A stretch of 59,480 nucleotides of DNA, counting the filler, from Sphacelaria rigidula (taxonomy: Eukaryota), in assembly GCA_964200075.2 (NCBI GenBank). It is 6 parts of 6 records of this genome, joined end to end, with 100 filler letters (N's around TTAATTAATTAA, not from the genome) between each part and the next. Parts side by side here need not be neighbours in the genome. Positions count along the whole stretch, not along the records: positions 49,653 to 59,480 come from CAXNAA020007672.1; 5 more parts are not named here. One strand, given 5' to 3'. The position numbers were made by a program, and so were the translations under genes. The notes under the pieces are model-generated. The model searched no databases, had not been told where the DNA came from, and was given only the letters and a program-made list of their open reading frames with translations. Numbering within the stretch: position 1 is the first letter of the stretch; the number at the start of each line of letters is the position of its first letter. Positions 49,867 to 59,480 of the stretch are shown in pieces.

Positions 49867-52237
49867 CGCGGGAGCTGCAGCCTCCAGCGCCGCCACCTCG
49901 GCAATGACATCATCGTCACTCATCTGCAAGTCCTCGTCGTCCATGCCTGGACTGTCCGATTCACGGCCGCGCTCTCTCACCCCCACCTCCTCTGCCCCTG
50001 TTGCACTGGAGTAATTTCCCTAAGTGATTGCTTGAACCAATACTGTATCAAGAGGACATCCACTAGAGAAGACAGCGAAAAATGCAGCAGAACTCCGGTT
50101 TGGAGTGTGCGCCCTTTGTTGGTTCTCCTTTGAAAGCTCTTTTATCGTGGCGATTTTGAGGACGTGAAGACAGAGGGCTGCTGGGAAGCGAACAGGACAT
50201 CGCATACCGACGTGAACGCAGATGATGTCCAGAGGCAGGCAGGGGGGGAGGGGGGAGGGGTGGAGACAATCTCAGAGATTACAGTACCACTTCTTACATT
50301 TCCGAGTGATCGGCAAGAATACCAAATGCGTGAAAAGGGCGAGACGGCGGTGGGGGAAAGGGGTGGGCACGGCATAGTTTCACACAAGCGCAGACACAAG
50401 GTTGCATCATTGTCGTATGGACGATACTGCAGATACTATATTCCGAGTCTGCTCTCGAACACAGTACAGTGTAGTAGTGGCCGGGGCAACACATGGTGGA
50501 CTAGTGCCGAAGCTCATGAGAGTAGGACGGCGCGTGCACTGCGCCAAGTTGACAGGCGGTTTTAGTGGGTTCGAACCCCGTACTGCCTTATGCAGAAATT
50601 CCCCCAACGCTGAGGGGCCTACCCTACATGACTGCCGCGAGGCGGTGTCGCCAAGCCTCCGAGGTAATCGGCATACGGACCCGTTCGCGGGGTGTGAGTG
50701 TTGGGTGAGGGTTCCTTGTTCAAGGAAAAAAGTGACAAATCATTTCTTTGCTACGAGGATATGCACAAAACAATGTTTTTGGGTGTGCTTGTACTACTGT
50801 ACGTGTATCTCGTGGCCACGGCTCAGAAGTTGATGTGAGGTAATCATTCATAATGGACCTCAGCAGCAAATGTTCATGACCTCATGGCACAGAAATGAAG
50901 AGGAGGCACCTCATGGTCAATGGTCAAACGACTAAGGCAAGCAACACATGAGAACGCCCCCCCCCGACCACCTCTCCTTGCACACGTCGAGTCGGGGACG
51001 CCGATCCACCCACTGCGGGCTTTTACATCAGCACGCGCGTCGGTCAGTCCGGTATTCTGCGTCGTTCCCGTGGTCATCGGTAAGCACTGTCTCTGTGTCC
51101 GTGTGCATCAGAATGGTGTACATTTATGCTGCGCTGTTAGACTAGACTGACTTGGAAAGAAACACTGTGCACACAAGAACATACTGCACATGCAAGAAAT
51201 TCTCCGAGAAAAGACGTGGGGGTAAGTATGAGGAACGGTATAGTACGGTACAATAATATTACAAAAGACAAACAACAGTACCGCTCCGACTCTGGGTGGG
51301 GCAGACTACCCTGTTACACGCTGCTGATGACATGATCCAAGCTTGCTATGTTGCACTGGCACAACAGTATGTGGAAAATACTACGAACAGCAGACCGCAA
51401 AAAAACATATCGATGTCTGGAGGCCGACTTTACGCACACGACTGTACTGTCTGTATGCAGTTGGCTCACGAGCGTCATGGTGAGGCCTCGAGTGCAACGA
51501 ACAACACATCGCGCGCGGGGGAAAGAATGCATGTACACTGTGTACACCCGCCGCAGTCTATTCTGTCAGGTTGCAAAGATGTGAAGTTCGGCCGCAGGAT
51601 CAACAAGTTGGTACAACAGTATACAACAACACGGTAATATCGTCCGTTACAGAGGGTCGAAACAATTTGACAGTCGCGTACAGGAACGTATCTGTGGTAT
51701 GTGAACCTTGTGATCCAGTGGGTCACAAACCTCTGCTCCTGCACCGCGAAAGGGCACAAAATTCACGAGTAACGTCCCCGACTGAAGAAGAGCGCAACTT
51801 GGGACCATATCGTGGAGCTCTGAGGACACCCAGCGGGGCAATACGAGACCCGATCGAGGTTCAGCACCTAATGCACCGGGATCTACGTACAGGATGTGCT
51901 TGAACTGTTTCCTCGAGATCGTTTAAAATTAAGCGATTTGATCGCTTCGTTCGGCACATTTCCTTCATTTCTGATAATGTGAAATACCACGGGCATCCCT
52001 GTATGGCTGCGTATAAAGGTAAATCTCAGAATCCAAGGGGTGTTCTGCCAATGCAACTCACCAGCCGATGTAGATGGCGCCTCTGTGTTCCAAGCCCCGC
52101 GCCTTTGCTGTCGCTGTCTTCTGCACTTTTCGGTATAACACTTGCTTGAACTTCGTTGTCAATTCCCGTCGGTCATATTGATGTAATCCCATGGTAGAAC
52201 GTCCTTCCTCTTGCCCGTTCCTGATGGTTGGTGTCAT
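49867..52237 (-). CDS. Probable multi-exon gene of unknown function, divergent from APC2 (partial; exon chain tentative)
   Basis: Best exon is 49867-50005 (…PGMDDEDLQMSDDDVIAEVAALEAAAPA|gtaaga). Candidate exons are ~50097-50180, 50623-50714, 50910-51086 and 52062-52237 (|gtgagt). The four downstream exons are phase-compatible; the first exon link is unresolved. Confidence 0.4.
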
Positions 52238-52519
52238 TTTATTAACCTCGTCTGTATTTTTTATACTCACGAAAGTGGTCGATAGAATAGCAGGAGCATG
52301 CACATCCCACCTACCACTTATCACTACGAGTACCCGGATTTTCTCTTATCTCTATGTTTTCTAGATAAACGTCGTTCACCAACCGCTGGATCGTAAATTT
52401 TCGGAATAGAAAAGATACCTCGACCAGATGTACAGCGGCAGTAACACTTTTCAGGAGTGCCTAAGCAAGGATTGCAGGCTACTTGCTCCCCACGTACGAC
52501 TTATCTCTCAACAGTGACG

Positions 52520-55500
52520 ATGGCAGCAATAGCACCGCAGCAAAAGTTGACGCTATCGGACGATGATCCGATGACAGCAAGCAATGACACCCTTCATCAG
52601 CACCCAGCTGTAACCCATCCCGCGCACCCTGATGTTGACGCCGCATGGGCGACAGTGATCAGGATAGTCGACAGCTTCTCAACCTCGCTTGACAAGGACG
52701 AGCCTTTCAAGCACACTAGCATTACTGCCGAGGATTTGGCAGCTCATATTTCCACGCTGCGCTTGGATACGGGCGGCGGCCTGCTCGACGTGCTCGGTGG
52801 CTACGTCTTGTCAGTGCTTGACCGCAGCGTGGCAAAAACGATTGCACCGCATTTTTGGTCCCTTCTCAGTAACAACGAGAAAATATCCGCGCCGGCCCCG
52901 AGTGATGTGGAGAGCGGGAGCGAACCGACGTCTGCAACTGGGACGCCACAGAGGCAGAAGCTCCGAGCCTACGGAAGAGTGGAGCGTGCGCTTTTGTACG
53001 TCGACGAGGCGGTGAAGTGCCATCTTGCCTTGGTTCGCCTGCTGGACCGAGCCTTTGTACTGTCCGCAGTGCAGCACACAGTAACACCAACCCCAACAGC
53101 AGGAGGAGGCGCCCAGGCGGCGGCGGCAACGGCAGCAAACAGTACTATAGAAGCACGCTATCGAAGCGCATTTACCGCGCAGGTTATGGCAGGTGCAAAG
53201 GGTGACTTCCACGGGACCATGCGAGCCTTTTTTGACCGCAATCTGCGCTTCTGGCACCGGAGCTGGTTGCTGCGGAAGAGGCGGAGGAGGATGAGGAGGC
53301 AGCGAGCGCGGCGGGGTAGCGAGTATAGTGGCGGCGGCGATGAGGGAGACGGCATGGACGTTTCAGATGATGGTGGTGTTGATCATGATGGGGAAGCTGC
53401 CGATGGTGACATGGTGTGTACTGTAGAGGGTTAACGACCAACCCAATGGGTCATGAAGCCTTGGGTCCGTGCCCAGAGAGAAAGGGACCACTCAAGCATG
53501 TATATGCAGAGAAGAAATTGCCAGTGGATGATCGCAACACCTTACATTCTCTTACTTTGTTCCACGAGCACTGGGAATGGCCAGAACCCAGCCAAATGGA
53601 AACCCGTTGTCGACACAAACAAGCTGTATCGTGGAGTGATCCGATCAAATGATACTCACCGGTACCATCATTACACCTGACGCGGCGACCGTTTTGTTGT
53701 CGCAACGGAAGTACACGGAGTTTTGATGGCCTGGTGCACGCTTCGAAATGGTACGCAGTGTACCGCATGCATGGTGGATGTCATGAAAAAATCTAAGTTT
53801 GACACGTCGGACAGCTCATGAGCTACAGTAGCTCATCTGAGAGCTATAGCTCACGTGTAGTCAGGCATGTACATGCGAGCTACGTCCGATAGCTCACCCA
53901 AGGTGAACGTGCGCTGATGAGCTACAGGTTGGTAGCTCACCCAGGACAAACATGCGTAGCTCATGTAGCTCTCATAGCTCACCTTGGACAAATATACGTG
54001 GCTCATGCAGCTCTCATAGCTCACCCACGGCGAATATGAGCTGATGAGCTACGGGTTGGTAGTTCACCTAGGCCAAACATGCGTAGCTCATGCAGCCCTC
54101 ATAGCTCACCCACGGTGAATATGAGCTGATGAGCTACGGGTTGGCAGATCACCTAGGGCAAACATGCGTAGCTCATGTAGCTCTTACAGCTCACCCAGGA
54201 AAATCATGCGTAGCTGACAGAGCTCTCACAGCTCACCCAGGAAAAATATATACGATTGAGCTACACTCGATAGCTCACCCAAGGCAAACATGTGTTGCTC
54301 ACGCAGCTCTTATGGCTCACCCAGAGAAAACATGAGTGGATGAGCTACGCCCGGTAGCTCACCCCGGGAACAAATGTTCATAGCTCACTCACGTCATCTG
54401 CCTAGCTAACCCGGTGTCGCTCATGATGTTACATTCTTGTTCGAATGGACGGCGTAACATATCACTAGACTGTGGTTTTCTGCTTCGCTTTTCGCCGTGG
54501 GGAGAAAAGATCTCAACACGAATCCTCGTTCGCATGGTCGAATGGTTCAAAACATTATCAAGATTCTGTGTCTTTAACAATCGACCATTTCATTACTTTT
54601 GGCCGCTGGGTCGCAAGGGTACGAGTCCATCTGGTAATGAATATTCTTTCCAAGTGAAAGTGAAGCCGATTCAACAGATGACCTATGCTCGCCATCAAAA
54701 GGGTTAACCCTTTGACCGCGAGGGTAGGTGATTTGTGAAATCATAATAATTAACATTCTAGGGTGTGAATGATGCCGATTCAACTGATTGCCTACCCTCG
54801 CGGTGAAAGGGTTGAGCGATAAAATATTGTTTGTGTGTTAATTTCTTCCTCCACATCGATCGCCTGTTGCGAAGGATCCAGATCCACGGCATCATTTCCG
54901 ACTGAAACGCGGCTAGAGTAGCTGGCCCCGGCGTTCGCCATGCAGGGCGGGTTTTGTGTGCGTGTGGTTGTGTGTGGGTGTGGTGGCTACGGTGGGGGTT
55001 GCTTCTGATGCGGTCATTGTTGATGTTTACAAACGGCAAACCCATCACTGCACAAAACGGAACACAGGTTGGTACAAATGTAACCGTCTTCACGTATCAA
55101 CGTGCATGAGCATCGGAACAGAAACAATTGCAAAATCGGCGTAGCTCCCGTGGCTATTGAGCTCAACCGGGGCAAACATGCGTAGCTGATGTAGCTCTCT
55201 CACACAGCTTACCCAGGGCAATTTTGCGTAGCTCACCTAGCTGCCATAGCTCATCGAGGGCAAACATGCTTAGCCCATGCAGCTCTCATTGCTCACCCAC
55301 GGCGAATATGAGCTGATGAGCTACGGAGTGACCACGCAAACCTAGGGTAAACATGCGTAGCTCATGTAGCTCTTACAGCTCACCCAGGAAAAACATGCGT
55401 AGCTCATGCAGCTCTCATAGCTCACTAGGGAGCTACGTTAAAAAGATCCAGCTCGAGCTACGGGGAGCTGATCTGTACAACGTGTGGGAAAATTCCTAAC

Positions 55501-56925
55501 ATCCAACGACTATGACTGTAATAAGAGTTGTGGGCTCGTAATCTTTGAAATATATGTCGTAGTTTTCCAGTTATATGCGTAGGAGTCGACTATCGGTGCG
55601 GTCGACGCCATGCAAGTCTCTGAGGATCGCGTCCAACCTGCCTATCTGTGCCTTACCCTTTTCTATTACTTTGGTTATGTGTGCATCCCAAGAACAGCTT
55701 GTGGAGATCTCCACGCCGAGGTATGTATACTGGTCTACGATCGGCAATTCCTCGTCTCCCTACTTCCATTTGAACTCTACCGGGTTTTTCTTATCTTCGT
55801 TACAGACGGGTACCGCGTATTTGTTGACGTTCGCTGTCAATCTCCATTTCCTAGTGTATTCTAGAGCCTTCTCTATCTGTTTCTGTAATCCTTCTGCTGT
55901 TCCTGAGATCCTCACAAAATCATCTGCGAATATCAAACCTGATATCACATCTTTACCCACCTTGACTCCTTGCTTTGCTGCTTTTATTGCTATTATCAGG
56001 TCATTAATAAATACCTTGAATAACGTGGGTGATAACGTACATCCTTGTGCAACTCCTTGTAAGATATCGAAATATTTCGGTATTCCCCCGTCTAGCCTCA
56101 TAGCACTTTGGCATATTCTGTCATATTCTTCACCATTCTCCACATCTTTCCTCTGATCCCAGTTTCCCACAGCTTTTTACACAACCCATTTCTCCGTACT
56201 GTCATAAGCTTTTTGTACGTCCAGAAAAAAACAATACGTTGTCAGCCCGGCGTCTTCCCTACCCTGAAATAGCATTACCTAGTTTCTACACATGGTCTAC
56301 GCAATTACGGTTTGATCTGAATCCTGCTTGCCCCTCGCTGATTTTCTTTTCCTTTTCTAGCATCGTTCCCACTTTATCGTTCGGAGTCTTGCAGAACGTT
56401 TTCCCTACCGTGCTTAGTAGCGTTATCCCTCTATAGTTTGCTGGGTCAGCCTTGTCTCCTTTTTTTAAAGGTTGACCACTACTCCTTTTCTCGACCTATT
56501 GGGTGTGTACTCACTTTCCCAGATCCTATTATGCAGCATAACCATCATGGTAACCATTCCCTCTCCCCCGTACTTTTGAAATTCTATTCACTATTTCGTC
56601 TGCCCCTGCTGCCTTATTGTTCTTGAGATTAGCTACGCACTCCTCTGCTTCATCTCTGGTAAATTCTATCTGCATTTCTTTCAGGCCACCATCCTCCCGT
56701 TTCGACGTCTCTACATTTGCCTAATCTGTAGACCAAAAAAAGATTACACTACGCGCACATGCTCGCAGGGTTGTTGAGCATTCCATCGATTTCGCTTCTT
56801 ATTGACAATTATCCAATGTCATCTCCCTCAAAGTTCCAAACTCGACCGCTTTCGATCTGACATCAGGAGGGGAAGGAGGAAGACGACGGCGGCGAAGAAG
56901 AGAGCGACGATAGCAGCGGCAGCAT

Positions 56926-56965
<40 letters not shown>

Positions 56966-57099
56966 AACTTGTCGGATATATCTCGGGGAAAACTCCTGAA
57001 GCTGTGGGGCGTGCTGACACGGTTGGGTTGGTTTTCCCTGCTTCAGGAAGCATTTACCGGAGTGATGTTCTCCCACGTCCTTGCCTATGTCAAGAAGAG
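52520..57099 (+). CDS. ANAPC2: Anaphase-promoting complex subunit 2, N-terminal part (first 2 exons)
   Basis: Exon 52520-53413 gives AAWATV...LDVLGGYVLSVLDRSVAKTIAPHFWSLL...FHGTMRAFF. Exon 56867-57099 gives poly-D...LLKLWGVLTRLGWFSLLQEAFTGVMFSHVLAYVKKR. Both are colinear with the recalled APC2 motifs AWNTV, ISPEFWNAI and LSQVLHRL. Phase-0 GT-AG intron. Confidence 0.82.
53803..55484. mobile_element. ~1.7-kb non-autonomous TIR element with AGCT-rich subterminal arrays (CACTA/CMC-like)
   Basis: Imperfect TIR cacgtcggacagctca / tgatctgtacaacgtg. Arrays of TGAGCTAC/GTAGCTCACCCAGG units at 53810-54400 and 55140-55475 flank a unique core. Confidence 0.65.
55490..56724 (-). mobile_element. 5'-truncated, decayed LINE reverse transcriptase in APC2 intron 1
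   Basis: NNKAAGADEI, KKGDKADPANYRGITLLS, QAGFR, FLDVQKAYD, QGVAQGCTLSPTLF, FADD and YTYLG motifs, with frameshifts and stops. Confidence 0.92.
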
Positions 57100-57639
57100 G
57101 TGTGTGCGTGTGCGTCCGTCTGTCTTATACTCTGGTGTGTGTATGTGCGTGTGTGCTGCTCACGGATGAATCATCGCCGGTTCGAATCACCAAATCCGTG
57201 CTTCTTTGGGCCTGATCGCTCGAAAAAGAGAAAAAGAAAAAAAAGTTGACCGCTGGTCGAGAAGGCCTCCACGCAATTTTCGTGCCATTCCACGTGCGTG
57301 CCTCGGCTGCACGTGCCCTGGGTCTCAACGCTGAAAACAAAGTCGGAGGATTGATTCGTACGGTACGAATCAACTACACTAAAATCAAGTGATTGCCAAA
57401 CGAATCATTCATTTGCCCGACCCGTGAAAGAAACAGAGAGAGAGAGAGAGAGAGAGATGGAGAGTGAAGGAGGGAGTAGAGAAGGAGGGAAAGCACACCC
57501 TGGACGATATATTACGTTGTCGAAAAACGTACTGCGTACAGTATGGAATCTGTTGTCTGTTGCACTAGGCACACTAGTCGACACTTTACGCAGTACACTT
57601 TTTGACAGTGTATTCTACTGTCCAGGCTGTGAAGGAAAG

Positions 57640-57925
57640 CGAGGGAGAGAAGAGAGAGAAAGAGATAAAGCGGGAAGGAGGGAGTAGAGAAAAAAAAAAG
57701 GGCGGGAGCGAGGAAACCCAGGGGGGGGAAACAGAGACAAAGAGAGGAGGGGATAGAGAAAGGGGGAGGGAGGGAGCGAGGGANNNNNNNNNNAGAGAGG
57801 GAGGGAAGAGAAAGAAAGAAAAAAAGCGGGAAGGAGGGAGTAAAGAAAAAAAAAAAGGGCGGGATCGATGAAACCCAGGGGGGAGAAACAGAGACAAAGA
57901 GAGGAGGAGATAGAGAAAGGGGAAG
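57640..57925 (+). repeat. Purine-rich ~145-bp tandem repeat spanning an N10 gap
   Basis: Two similar units (aaagcgggaaggagggagta...gaaacccaggggg...aacagagacaaagagagg) on either side of 57784-57793. Confidence 0.75.
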
Positions 57926-58800
57926 TGTGGGAGCGATGGAATCCAAGGACGGAATAAAACATGTAGAGCAGCACAGCTAGGAACAGCGGAAGACCACTAG
58001 CGAAGGATAAGGTCATCAACCGACGGCTGAAGACAGGAGCAGATCAGTTTCCGTCTCAATCGAGCTTCCCTCATTCATCCCCAGCGGGGTACAAAGCGGG
58101 AGGGACACTCTCTCGACCAATTTCATCCTGAACTTCCTCATGAGCTGTACGGGTAGTAAGGTTGGAATTTTTCTCTCATTAGTGAATGGAGCATGACGGC
58201 GAGATTTTCACAGATAGGACCTACTTATGCACGATACGCCACGTCGCGATCAAGGGGTCGAAAGTGTTGTGCCACATTTCGTGTCGCTGCGGCTATGGAG
58301 GTCGGTTATCCGGCCTTTAGGGCAATTTCAGCATACCCCTGACGTAACGAAGGCATAGGATCCAGCCCCTTTGTGGTCGTTGTCCCACGTTTTGTTTTCG
58401 TCCTACCGATAGTATTAGTCCCGACAGGTATATGGCGGAAAGCATACGTCGACGAAGTGTATGCATCATAATCTAGTACGATAATAGAGGGTGTTATTTC
58501 CCGTATATGTCGGGGATCGTTTACGGCGCTCGTAAAAATATATATCTGAAAAAGTCAAGTACCATCAAATTTGGTAATCGACGGAGGGAGAGTAGGGTAT
58601 CGCCAGCCAGAATGATATTCGCTGTTCTACGCACGGAACATCCATGTAATCAAAATGCTCCGAAAGTACAGATTTTTTTGTCCACATCCACTGGGAGTTT
58701 GCGACGCATTATTGAGCGCTCCCGACATATGCGTTGAGGGTTCCCGTTTTGCTTACCTTGGGTGTGTTTACCATTTGGATAATGACTATGGCTGGGTCCC

Positions 58801-58802
<2 letters not shown>

Positions 58803-58859
<57 letters not shown>

Positions 58860-59062
58860 GATATGTTGTCGTCCCATCTACTCTGGACGCCTGTGTACAC
58901 CTTTCGGTATATGAGGGCGCACCAGCCGGGATCACACAGGAGTGTTTTCATTTTTTTTTTTTGTGTTAGTACTCCACCTTCCTTCTGCGGTGCTTGCCTT
59001 TTTTTCCATCGCGAGAGAGGTCGAGTAGCCCCTTTCCCTCGTCGACCGTCAAGTCGAAATTT
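58803..59062 (-). mobile_element. Retroelement 3' end with (AC)n tail
   Basis: (GT)n at 58803-58857 followed by gtcgtcccat...ccagccgggatcacacagg; related piece at ~46280-46370. Confidence 0.5.
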
Positions 59063-59123
59063 GCCCTCGGGGATCACTTAACGTGCGATCATCAACCAAT
59101 CGACCGATCAACCAGTCAGAATT

Positions 59124-59240
59124 CGCCGCGCTCCGGTGATCTGATGGTAGAATCGACAACGTCAGGGTAGAAAAACCGCAACACCGTCACGGTGAAAATA
59201 GCGCAGGTTCGATTCCCTCCAGATGTGCGATTGTCTTTTT
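59124..59240 (+). mobile_element. tRNA-derived SINE head
   Basis: A-box-like tgatctgatggtag and B-box ggttcgattccc; homologous to 7250-7325. Confidence 0.55.
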
Positions 59241-59480
59241 GTTGTTGTTGTTGTCCTTCTTGTCCTTCTTGTCCCCTTCAAAGTATCCGATTTCCAACGT
59301 TCAAAAACATGAGGACGTGAATGGCAGCAGCAGAAAGAGTCCGTTTGATGAAGTTTGTTCGACGACAGTCGACGCGCGGTGAGGGATAGAGTGCTGTCCT
59401 GATCCAACCTGCGAGACCAAAATGCAAGAAGTGTGCTGTACCGGGAGGGGGGAGGGGGGGGGGGGGGGGGGGCGCCACTT

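Noticed and set aside
53910-54150. CTGATGAG followed by a stem, resembling hammerhead ribozyme cores
   Set aside because: The stem is followed by TCACC rather than GAAA; the motif is a by-product of the TGAGCTAC palindrome.
53810-55475. CRISPR-like repeat array
   Set aside because: Units are degenerate with no unique spacers, there are no cas genes, and the context is a eukaryotic intron.

Overview
This is eukaryotic, intron-rich, repeat-rich DNA whose gene style (VWA plus GDPH-type secreted protein, long introns, IFT dynein) points to a brown alga (Phaeophyceae); that assignment is an inference. The window is not one locus. It is six unrelated scaffolds of 9832, 9832, 9830, 9829, 9829 and 9828 bp, in descending size order, joined by 100-bp N44-TTAATTAATTAA-N44 linkers. 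Scaffold 1 has 8 internal exons of cytoplasmic dynein-2 heavy chain, including one GC-AG intron. Scaffold 2 has a complete 9-exon, 673-aa secreted protein (signal peptide, VWA/MIDAS, VWD-like DDPH domain). Scaffold 3 has two exons of DHX8/PRP22 (S1 domain). Scaffold 4 has a decayed Ty3/Gypsy element interrupted by a TA-targeting MITE. Scaffold 5 has a pogo-like transposase relic, the terminal exon of an unidentified gene, and the most unusual element found: a 487-bp non-coding insertion with TG..CA termini, a 4-bp TSD, palindromic LTR-like terminal repeats and two convergent tRNA-like Pol III promoters. Scaffold 6 has the first two exons of APC2, whose first intron carries a LINE and an AGCT-rich TIR element, plus a probable divergent gene. 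Many MITE, SINE and Helentron-like families recur across scaffolds. Protein identities come from remembered family motifs, not database searches.
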